A stretch of DNA of 64,000 nucleotides from assembly GCF_003918875.1 (NCBI RefSeq), contig NW_025765592.1, positions 372,001-436,000 on the forward strand. The letters are read 5' to 3'. This DNA comes from Haliotis rubra (lineage: Eukaryota). The position numbers and the translations under genes are program-made. The notes below the pieces were generated by a model. The model made no database searches. It worked only from the letters and a program-made list of their open reading frames with translations, and was not told where the DNA came from. The first letter of the stretch is position 1. The number at the start of each line of letters is the position of its first letter. Shown in pieces: positions 1-10,740 of the stretch.

Positions 1-1841
1 TGAGTGCCCTTCATCTTCAACTGATGCAGAGATATATGAGTGCTTGAAGACAGTAGATGCACAAACTATGGCAGACCTTCAGCTAGGTTTGTTCGGTGAA
101 GGAATTGCATTTCGTCCAGTTGTGGATGGGTACTTCCTCCCCGATGACCCCAAAATTCTTCTGTCCACTGGCTCCATCAAGCAGACCAGTGTATTGCATG
201 GTTTTACTAAAGATGAGACAGCACTGTTTTCTGCAATGATATTGAAGCAGATGAGAAACGTATCAACATTACCTGAATCACTCATTTTAAGTCGTCAAGA
301 ATATGATAATTTTATTTCATTTGACATGCTCACTGGAACAGACATTGAAGAGCCTATTCGTCTGTTTTATGAAAGTCAGATACCCCTTCTAAAGGACACG
401 GACTATTTAGAGGTCGTAACTCGTGCAACTTCAGACAGGGGATTTAAGTGTCCTCATCTTGAGTTTGACAGATTATATTCTCCTGCTAACCCTACCTATG
501 TCTACAGCTTTAATCATCGACTGTCAATTAGTCCGTATCCAAAGTGAATGGGAGCACCCCACTGGTACGAGCTTGACTTTGTTTTTGGTTGGGTTCTGGA
601 AAAGTCTCTGGGATGTACAGAGGAGGAGATGGAACTCAGCAGGACCATCATGACGTACTGGACCAACTTTGCCAAGTCCGGGTGAGTGAGTGACTGAATG
701 AGCGAATGAAATATACATTCAATGATAAAAACGTTTTACTAAGTCACCCTTCTTTAAATTATACCACAGATAAATGTGTATAAAATAATCATGATTTCTT
801 GATGTTTTCTTATGTGTATCCAGCGATCCAAACGCTCCTGTCCCCGTCAAGGTGAACTGGCCAGCCTCTGACAACACTGATCTCTCCTACATGGCCCCTT
901 GACGTGGGCAGCAAATTAGCAGCAGGACATGGGGTAGTCCACCATGAATGTGTCTTCATCAACAGGATTCTACCCATGATTTCTAAAGGTAAATCTATAA
1001 TGGTACATTGGTTCCTGGTACACATAAATGAATATTTTTAGAAGTGACTTGGATACTTCTCTTGTTTGGTTGAATATTTACGATGATAAGTAATGTTGTT
1101 GATTTTCTTTAATTATCACGAATGGTTGGAACAGACTCGTTTATATTGGTAGTTGTTGATTCTCAAGTTAAAACAAAATAGTTAACAGGGAATCAGTCTG
1201 TACGAGAATTGTGTGTGAAATTGAGAAACAAAAAAGATGTAATTAAACATTGTATTTCTTAAATTGTAAAGTCGCAAATCAATACAAAGACTTCACTTTG
1301 GGAGAGTGAGTGAGTGAGTTTAGTTTTACGCCCACACTCTGTAATATATGGCGGCGGCCAGTAAATAATCAAGTCTGGACCAGACAATCCAGTGATGAGC
1401 ATCGATCTACACAACTGGGATACGATGACACACTTTGGCAGAACAAAATAGAGTGGCAGTACAAAGTCAGAGGTATAATATAACAGCAGTGATTGTAGAA
1501 ATAAAGACAATGATGGTCATAGTGACCTGTCAGCAATAGAAATTCAACTTGGAAGAAAGGGCCAGGCAGAGAGTAAACAAAGTTTAAAGTGACCACTCAC
1601 AATACTGGTCTTCTTGTGACTCGAGATGTGATGTGAGATGAAAGGCAATAGCTAAGTAAGATTCACTGACTGAATCTACAGGTACAAAGTATACCTTGAA
1701 ACATTGTTGCACAACGTTTAACACCGCCTCATGGCAGCATGTTCATGCCAATATGTTCCATAGTGCAGCTATGGAAATTATGAATTCATGGTTGTGTTTC
1801 AGACCCACCGGAGGGGGCAGGAGTACTGCACAAGAGGATGA
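1..1841 (+). pseudogene. Cholinesterase-like copy A, 5'-truncated by the window edge (exons <1-681, 824-988, 1803-~1841); disrupted as assembled
   Basis: Near-identical to copy D at offset 27147. TGG>TGA at 545-547 just before the catalytic-His motif; +1 C at 895-898 and +1 G at ~1813-1817 in homopolymers. GT-AG boundaries match the other copies. Confidence 0.8.
1305..1432 (-). mobile_element. 3' fragment of SINE family 1 in intron 3 (same insertion at ~28449-28575 and ~36010-36136)
   Basis: Matches the tail of full copies (gagtgagtttagttttacgcc...ctggaccagacaatccagtgat). Confidence 0.75.
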
Positions 1842-2563
1842 AAGGACAGCATCATACTAATCTGACCCAAGTTAAAATACTGATACATCATTAACTTTTA
1901 AAGCTGTTTTGAACTGTATCTGGAGTCCCAACAGATATTGTGATGCTGTTTATACAGCTTAACCGCCAATCACAGTCACTTCCACAATCACCCGACCACA
2001 GCCAATACACCTTTCAGACTTCGTGGAATAATTGTGTTGTTCCTCATGGTTTCATGTTGAATCTATTTTATATACTGCGGCAAGTAAGTGATCTGGTAGA
2101 TACGTTATCGACTGAGGCAAGTCAATTGGCATATGTGTGGTAGTTGCATTGGTAACCCGATTTTACGTATCATATTTGCATTGTTAAGTGTAATTATGTA
2201 TACGATATCTACACTGACTAGTCAACTGGCACAGTTGCTATCTTCTCATACAAGTCAACTGCTATACACGTGAGTCGACTATACGAGTAGGTCAGCTGGT
2301 CTACAGAGGTGCATTGCCTGGATATGACAACATAAAGATATGGTGTAAACGTATTTAAAAAACATTTTTCACACCAAGTAACCCATGAAGATCTGGGTCA
2401 TAAGAGACGATGAAACGGATCGTGTGGGTGCATCACCGTATCCCATTTAACATGGGTACATGTTCATGATGTCAATCACTGGATGATTGGTCCACAGACC
2501 TCAACCACCACGACTCCCACAAAATTTGGAAATATGACAACTGCTAGTCTAGACTGTGGACGC

Positions 2564-3097
2564 TGTGTACCCCTCTGATTGGCACGGCTCCCGCGGCCGA
2601 CAACATCCACTTGTCCGACTTCCATTTTTGTGGAAGTCGCGGTGGCTGAGCGGGCTAGCGGCTGACTTTGTGTGATGGCGATTAGGTACCTGACTCTGAG
2701 GGTGTGGGTTCGAATTCCGCATGGGACTCAACCCAACAAAAGTACTAGAATCTGTACTTTGCTAAGAAAGTGTAATCCCAAATATAACATGTGTTACATT
2801 TGACCACTCTCTAAATGGCATAGTGTAATAATAGCTTTCGGCCGTGGGAGCCGTGCCAATTAACGTTTATCAGAGGGGTACACAAAGTCCGCACTCTAGG
2901 CTACCAGTTGTCCGACTTCCATATTTGTGGAAGTCGCGGTGGCTAAGCGGGTTAGGCGGCTGTCTTTGTGTGCTGGCGATTAGGTGCCTAACTGTGAGGG
3001 TGAGGGTTCGAATCCCTCATGGTACTCAATCCAACAAAAGTACAAGAATCTGTAGTTTACTAAGAACGTGTAATCCCAAATATAACACATGTTACCA
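2564..3097. mobile_element. Composite repeat: inverted repeats (2564-2599 / 2839-2884) plus two ~190-bp tRNA-like units (2611-2798, 2908-3095); duplicated at ~29705-30238
   Basis: tgtgtacccctctgattggcacggctccc pairs with gggagccgtgccaat...atcagaggggtacaca. Units contain A-box-like TGGCT(G/A)AGCGG and B-box-like GGTTCGAAT(T/C)C. Confidence 0.6.
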
Positions 3098-3469
3098 GAT
3101 AAATAAACAAACAAACAAACAAACCCATTGCAGGGTTACACTAGTTTTTTTAAAAACAGTGAACTGAAATTTCATTCAAATAAACTTTAAACTGATTTCA
3201 AAGTCAATTTGTACGAAATTTCAGTTGCCTTGATGTGGCTTGAAAGCTTTGCAGGTGTCAGACGTTTACACAACAGGTGAAATCCACAGGCATGGATATC
3301 GTGACTATAACCAAATAGACATGATTGTACAACGCATTAAACGTAGGGGGTATTGAATACAAATGTGTTACAAATATTGACATTTTATCATGAAAAATAT
3401 AGTGTAAAAGGGACATTGGCCAAACCTACATCCTGTCCATCACGATATATTTACCATGAAGAGTCAAAA

Positions 3470-4822
3470 TCATAAATACCGTTTGAATCTGCCTCTATTC
3501 TCAAGACAATCTCGGATTCGTCGAGACATACTTTTCGTCAAACGTCCAATGTAAACTTGGTTCATTCTATCCCATTCTTCCTGCAGCGCTTCGCCAAGTT
3601 CATTAAGAGTGGTGGGTGGTTGTTTACTCCGTCTAAGGATATCCCAGACATGTTCGATGGGTGATAAGTCTGGACTAAGTGCTGGCCATGGTAAGGTGGT
3701 TATGTTCTCCTCCTGGAGGTTATGTTCTCCTCCTGGAGGATATGTTCTCCTCCTGGAGGTTATGTTCTCCTCCTGGAGAATATGTTCTCCTCCTGGAGGT
3801 TATGTTCTCCTCCTGGAGGATATGTTCTCCTCCTGGAGGTTATGTTCTCCTCCTGGAGGATGTGTTCTCCTCCTGGAGGATATGTTCTCCTCCTGGAGGT
3901 TATGTTCTCCTCCTGGAGGATATGTTCTCCTCCTGGAGGATATGTTCTCCTCCTGGAGGTTATGTTCTCCTCCTGGAGGATGTGTTCTCCTCCTGGAGGA
4001 TATGTTCTCCTCCTGGAGGTTATGTTCTCCTCCTGGAGGTTATGTTGTTCTCCTCCTGGAGGATGTGTTCTCCTCCTGGAGGATATGTTCTCCTCCTGGA
4101 GGATGTGTTCTCCTCCTGGAGGATATGTTCTCCTCCTGGAGGTTATGTTCTCCTCCTGGAGGATATGTTCTCCTCCTGGAGGATATGTTCTCCTCCTGGA
4201 GGTTATGTTCTCCTCCTGGAGGTTATGTTCTCCTCCTGGAGGATATGTTCTCCTCCTGGAGGTTATGTTCTCCTCCTGGAGGTTATGTTCTCCTCCTGGA
4301 GGATATGTTCTCCTCCTGGAGGTTATGTTCTCCTCCTGGAGGATATGTTCTCCTCCTGGAGGATGTGTTCTCCTCCTGGAGGTTATGTTCTCCTCCTGGA
4401 GGATGTGTTCTCCTCCTGGAGGTTATGTTCTCCTCCTGGAGGATGTGTTCTCCTCCTGGAGGTTATGTTCTCCTCCTGGAGGATGTGTTCTCCTCCTGGA
4501 GGATATGTTCTCCTCCTGGAGGATATGTTCTCCTCCTGGAGGATATGTTCTCCTCCTGGAGGTTATGTTCTCCTCCTGGAGGATATGTTCTCCTCCTGGA
4601 GGATATGTTCTCCTCCTGGAGGTTATGTTCTCCTCCTGGAGGTTATGTTCTCCTCCTGGAGGATGTGTTCTCCTCCTGGAGATTATGTTCTCCTCCTGGA
4701 GGATGTGTTCTCCTACTGGAGATTATGTTCTCCTCCTGGAGGATATGTTCTACTCTGAAGGATGTGTTCTCCTACTGGAAGATATGTTCTCCTACTGGAG
4801 GTACTCCGTAACAACAACGATG
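3470..4822 (-). mobile_element. Tc1/mariner transposase C-terminal remnant interrupted by a minisatellite
   Basis: Manual minus-strand translation: VVTEYL[array]QEENITTLPWPALSPDLSPIEHVWDIL...LQEEWDRM...SMSRRIRDCLENRG. Confidence 0.85.
3710..4800. repeat. 20-bp minisatellite (tatgttctcctcctggagg[t/a]), ~54 units
   Basis: Direct tandem repeat; it explains the three overlapping stop-free ORFs here. Confidence 0.97.
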
Positions 4823-6070
4823 TCTTTAAGTAATGTGACGTACGCTAATCGTAGGATAACATGCGGAGGTCATTTTTCACTGTAATGTGCAACACACTGA
4901 CTCGTGTCACTGTATGTTTCAAAAAATTTACCCCAACCGCTTGCAAGAAATTCATAAGATATTTTCAATGGAATAATCAATTTCTAACCCCCTACAATCA
5001 TGCAACCTCGTTTCCAGTTACTCCCAAATGAAAATATTCCCTACTTTTTTAACTGTACAGATAACATAAATCAGAGGTAACTGAGTTAGTATGAACAAGG
5101 TAGTTGAGCGGAGCTGTACCTTGACTTCAGGTGGAGAATCTGCAAGTCATCCAGCAAGGCCGTCAGTCTGATTACAGTATGTGTAAAGTAAACTCAGGGG
5201 GACTTCGATCATGCAGTCAATAGTGTTTGGAGGGGGATAGAATGACATGATTTTAACCAAGTTATCAAGCCAAACAGACACTTTAAGTCGTTTGCTACAA
5301 CACATATGGATCCAGAAGCATTTCTTAGTGACCCAACACAAGTAATATATATAGTCGTTCATAAAACCTCATGCCCTCATTTGATCGTGACATACCCTGT
5401 AGTGATTACTGAACAGTGGGTGAGTGGTTCAGTGAGCGAGTGGTTGAGTGAGTTGTTGAGTGGTAGGGCGGTTGAGTGGGTGAGTGAGTGAGTGACTTTG
5501 GGCTATAAAGTTGAAAGTAATATGCTGTTATAGAACACTCACTCACGTATGCACGCATTGACTTACTCACTCTAAAACCATTCAGTTCTCAATTGAACAG
5601 ACATTCTGAACTCACCTATACCTTGTCAAAGACAGACATCTTATGAACGCACCACCATTTCGCTTGATCGCAACCCCTAAACACAACGCATGGAATCCAT
5701 CGTGCACAGCGCAGTAGCTCCATACACGTGCATGGGGTGTCATTTTTTTATTTTAGCGGTTTTCAAAAATATCGAAAAATCATTTTCACAATCATTTTGC
5801 ATCACATATTTTTAGCCGTTTTGGTTCTTTTTGGTTTGAAAATGAAAATCATACACATGCAAATTTCACGTCATACACAAATCATCTTTCAAGAGCGATA
5901 ACTGTATGAACAACTATGGTCATAAGAAAGTGCAAGTGGTGAACAGTCTCGAAACAGTCATTATAATAATATCAACATTCATTGACTCCCATATATCGCC
6001 CAATTCTTTCAATCGTAAAATATAAATGAGGTTTCCCTACTTTTCTTGAGGAGCATATATCTGAGATTTT

Positions 6071-6167
6071 GCATGTCACGCTAACCAGGTCATATCACTG
6101 GTGTAACAGCGTCTGTGTGTACACCCCAGTGCAGTGTCCACAGTACAACTGTAGAGTCAGGTACAAG
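6071..6167 (+). promoter_or_regulatory. Conserved putative promoter / non-coding exon 1 of copy B (donor AAG|gtgagt at 6167/6168)
   Basis: Block conserved upstream of B, C, D, E and F and ends in a consensus donor. Exon 2 starts with an acceptor 1 nt before the ATG, so an upstream exon is needed. The transcription start is unknown. Confidence 0.65.
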
Positions 6168-7277
6168 GTGAGTGTCTAATGAAAAATGGTATTGTTGTCC
6201 ATCAAATACCGTTGACGTATATATACTTGTCGAAATATAGGTAATGGCTAGCAGTGTTGTTACTCCAACAGTTTTGTTGAGTCAGATTCAGGGTGAGTTG
6301 AAAAATACAAGTGTTGTCCTTCAAAACCGTTGACGTTTATACCAGTGATTGTTCTTTATCTTTGAGGATTCAGTATAGAAGGACCTGTGTATTACTTACT
6401 CTTACCCGGAGACATTCATGTTGTTTACAAGCGATTGTTCTTTTTAAAGTGGCAGTTACACCTTCATGATTCTACTAGTAGACCTGTGTATTACTTACTC
6501 TTACCCGGAGACATTCATGTTGTTTACAAGCGATTGTTCTTTTTAAAGTGGCAGTTACACCTTCATGATTCTTGTCAATTTCATTGTGTAGTTTGTCTAA
6601 TCAATATAAATACTTTCGGATGCGCCTCTGTTCAGTCAGAAACACAGGGGTGCCGTTAAGGAATAGATTGTAATGTGACTGTGAACCGTATTCAGTTTAC
6701 CTAAGAATGAAAATTAATGGCAGATTAATCCACAGACGAGGCCATAAAATTCACCAACCGTTTGACAATCTTGACCGCTGTGTCTCTTTTACATACAATG
6801 AAGTCATGTCTACCACGTCACCATACTTAACTTTCCAAATTGTATGTCTGTGTATTTCCTGTTCCACCATCACCGTTACAGTTCTTCAATGTAATTACAA
6901 TGCCAGTACGAAATATAATGGCAGAGGTGACAACAAAGTCAATGATAAATAATAATTCCCACATCAGCAACAGTGCTCAAGCTTCCAAAACAGACTTATA
7001 CTAAATATCCGGGGTGAAAAGATGATGTTCACAGAATGATGGACACCGCTGTCCTCACGTGACAATCTCAACATTGTTTTCCTGCTTTACACAGCCATAT
7101 TACACGTACACAGACATATTGTTCTACTGATTTACACAGCAATATAACACGAACCATCTTGGTTATTAGTGTCACATTTCATGTGTAAAGAAACTGTGAT
7201 TAACTAGGAACATGAACTGAAAAGGATCAAACGTTCAACTGTAAATCGTATCTTAAAATTCAATATCTTCTTTCAGA

Positions 7278-10005
7278 ATGTGGACAGGAATGAGACTTGC
7301 ATTTGCGACGCTTGTTACGTTATTGCTGGTGTTGCCTACTGTGAAAACAAAGGAAGTGTCAACTCTGAATGGCCCACTTCTAGGACAACGTCTGTCAGTG
7401 TTGGGCAAGTCTCTTTGACGTATTCTATGGAATTCCATATGCCAAGCCTCCTGTAGGTGATCTCCGCTTCAAATACCCTCAGCCTTCAGAGTCATGGGGA
7501 CCGGAAGTTAGAGATGCACAAAACCCGACGCCATCTTGCTTCCAACCAAAAAATGCTCATGGCACTGATGAAAGTTACAAACAGATGCCCGATGATTACA
7601 GTGAAGACTGCCTTCACCTTACAGTGTGGGCGCCATCAGCCAATGCTGGCAATCTGGCAGTCATGGTCTGGATCCACGGCGGAGCTTTTTATATTGGATC
7701 TACAAGACTGCCACTGTATGAAGGAAAATACATTGCAGCAGAGAATGACGTCATCGTTGTTTCAATGAATTACAGATTGGGGCCTCTAGGGTTCAGTTAC
7801 CTTGGTCCAGATACCATCCCTGGAAATATGGGCTTGGTGGATCAAAGATTAGCCTTACAGTGGGTGAAAGACAATATTGCCAACTTTGGTGGAGATCCAA
7901 CCCGAGTCACCATATTTGGAGAAAGTGCTGGTGGTGCAAGTGTAGGTCTACACCTGGCATCACCTTTGTCACGTGACCTGTTCGACAGAGCAATCACACA
8001 GAGTGGGACCCTCACTTGCCCGTGGGCTTACACTTTTCCCAACACAGCAAAACAGAAACTGAAGAGATTTGCCAATCTCCTTGAATGCCCTTCATCTTCA
8101 ACTGATACAGAGATATATGAGTGCTTGAAGACAGCAGATGCACAAACTATGGCAGACCTTCAGCTAGGTTTGTTCGATGAAGGAATTCCATTTCGTCCAG
8201 TTGTGGATGGGAACTTCCTCCCCGATGACCCCAAAACTCTTCTGTCCACTGGCTCCATCAAGCAGACCAGTGTATTGCATGGTTTTACAAAGAACGAGAT
8301 GACTCTGTTTTCTGCACTGACATTGAAGCAGATGAGAAAAGTATCTGCATTACCGGAAACATTGATTTTAAGTCGCACAGAATATGAAAGTCTTAAGTTT
8401 AGCATTGGGAAATGTGGACGGAATCGAAGAACCTCTTCGCCTCTTTTATGAAAGTCAGAAAGCCCCCCCCTGAAAGAAAAAGACTATTTTGATGTCGTGA
8501 CTCGAGCGAGTACGGATAAGGCAATGAAGTGTCCTCATCTTGAGTTTGACAGATTGTACTCTCCTGCCAACCCTACCTACGTGTACAGTTTTAATCACCG
8601 ACTATCAGTTAGTCCGTTTCCACAGTGGATAGGAGCAGCCCACTGGTACGAGCTTGACTTTGTGTTTGGTTGGGTCCTGGAAAAGTCTCTGGGATGTACA
8701 GAGGAGGAGATGGAACTCAGCAGAACCATCATGACGTACTGGACCAACTTTGCCAAGTCAGGGTGAGTGAGTGAGTGGTACATATGACTTATTGAGTCAA
8801 TGATCGCCCTCAAACTTTTAAGACCTCTTAATCCTGAAAGAACAGCACAAAACACAAAGGAAACAACTTCTATCATTTTCATGTGTACAATGTCCAGAGA
8901 CCATTTATGTTGTCCACTGGCGTTTTCAAAATGTGTCAAAAACCTATTTCACCCTCTCCAATTAACATGATACCAAACCCGTGGAGATCCGGTTTAGAAT
9001 TGGTCTTCAGCAACTCATGTTTGTCGTAAGAGGAGACTAACGGGATCGGTTGGTCAGGCACGATGACAAGGTTGAAAATTGTCATTGTATACCACTGCAT
9101 AGCTCAATGTTCATGCTATTGATCACTGGATTATCTGGACCAGGTTCAATTAATTACAAATCGCCACCATACCATATAGCTGGAATATTGCTGAGTGTGG
9201 TGTTAAACAACAAATGAACCAAACAAACAAATAAACAAAACATCCTAGAACTCTTTTATTTACAGGAACCCGAACACTCCTGTCCCCGTCAAGGTGAACT
9301 GGCCAGCCTCTGACAACACTGATCTCTCCTACATGGCTCTTGACGTGGGCAGCAAATTAGCAGCAGGACACGGGGTAGTCCACCACGAATGTGTCTTCAT
9401 CAACAAGATTGTCCCCATGATTTCTAAAGGTAATGTTCATGATGGATAGTTAAATGGGAATGGTCGGGACCGACAGGTATTTCGAGTTATGCATAATATT
9501 CGAGACGCCGGCAGTCGACTCATCGGGATTTGACTGTAGTTGAATGGTTTCAGATGTGAATAGTTTCTCAAGTGATTATGATACTTATGTATACCAATAC
9601 GTCCATACTGATCCACGGATACTGATTGGTTCGTGTCAACATGTTCATGCCCATATGTTAATGCTGATACCATCATGTTGATATGTTCGTAATGTTACCT
9701 TTATACCAATACGTTCATGCGGACATGTTCCTGCCCATATGTGTAGTCATCTCAGTGTTGAGCCTTGTTTCATGAAAGAAGTTTTACCCCCAACTCACTC
9801 AACTTTTCACTATAACCATCGCTGGAAGACGTATGAGTTAATACAAAAGGCACCTTTGTTTGTAACCAGATGGCAACAGCCCCTCCCCATGTCACGCCTG
9901 GTTTATCGTTGTGGATATTACACTGACTGTAGCACGGCAAATAATGAGTCCATTTAATGCTTTTCAGATCCCCCTGAAGGGCAGGAGTACTGCACGAGAG
10001 GATGA
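7278..10005 (+). CDS. Cholinesterase-like carboxylesterase copy B (exons 7278-8762, 9266-9429, 9968-10005); frameshifted in this assembly
   Basis: Signal peptide, GIPYAKPP, SEDCL, HGGAF, GESAG, KNE, GAAHWYE and tail DPPEGQEYCTRG*. Indels at ~7414 (ttt), ~8408 (ggg) and ~8463 (C8). Confidence 0.85.
8977..9240 (+). mobile_element. SINE family 1, full length, in intron 2 of copy B
   Basis: Head cccgtggagatccgg...gtcgtaagaggagactaacggg; tail gctggaatattgctgagtgtggtgttaaac plus (aaac)n. Confidence 0.8.
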
Positions 10006-10043
10006 AAGGACAGCATCACAATAATCAGACCTTGAGGAACATA

Positions 10044-10736
10044 CAGTCGAGCACCGTTGTGTCGAACTCTAGATATAATTTCATGGTGCCAACAAACAAA
10101 ATTACCCTTTTAACTCGACATTGGCAAGGAACTCGATATTCACCTTCTTTTCATAGGCAAGTATCCCACTGAACGGACGTTGTTTCCACACATTTACACA
10201 CGGTGCGGCATGAATCAAAGGGATGCGGTAGTGTAAACTAATTAGGGCTAATTGAGTTGAAGGTGTCACTTGTTTGTTATCTAATTAGGATTAATTAGGA
10301 AGGAATTAATTGGGAAGTACTCACTGATACGACTAAACACTACTGATAACGGATTATAGTTTCGAATCAAAACATACTAAGAAATCAACTGAGGGTTTTG
10401 TGTAATCGCAGTTGAGAATGTCGGTTGCGTTCACAAGATTTGTCGTGTATCGAGAGTGGTTATCTACTATCGCCTTCATGCCACCACCAAATGCCCGTCA
10501 GTCTAAAGATTTAGATCCAACTTTTGTATGATTCAAGAGGTGTACCTTGTGTGCCGTAACATTGCGATCCCTGTGAGTAAAAATGTATATACAAATATAT
10601 ATACATAAAATCTACTTTTTCTTTTCTTTCTTTCATAGTGATAGGTGATGATATGCCCTGGTCGGATGTCTCGAAGTTCGGATAACTCGATATTCTTTCT
10701 TGGTCCCGTGAATATCGAGACAACGGTGCTCGACTG
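10044..10736. mobile_element. Tc1/mariner-superfamily (pogo/Tigger-like) non-autonomous element
   Basis: TIRs cagtcgagcaccgttgt / acaacggtgctcgactg, flanked by TA on both sides; sits 38 bp after the copy B stop codon. Confidence 0.8.
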
Positions 10737-10740
10737 TATA

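Noticed and set aside
545-547. In-frame TGA as selenocysteine or programmed readthrough
   Set aside because: It aligns to Trp (TGG) in all five paralogs, not to Cys; a nonsense change or sequencing error is simpler.
3609-4885. Three overlapping 359-400 aa ORFs; regular repeats superficially like a CRISPR array
   Set aside because: A stop-free 20-bp tandem unit with no unique spacers, in a eukaryotic context and derived from Tc1 antisense sequence.
5131-5223. Conserved block read as a coding exon (VENLQVIQ...MCKV..GGL)
   Set aside because: Differences among copies are mostly non-synonymous, one copy lacks the cag acceptor, and I recognise no protein family.
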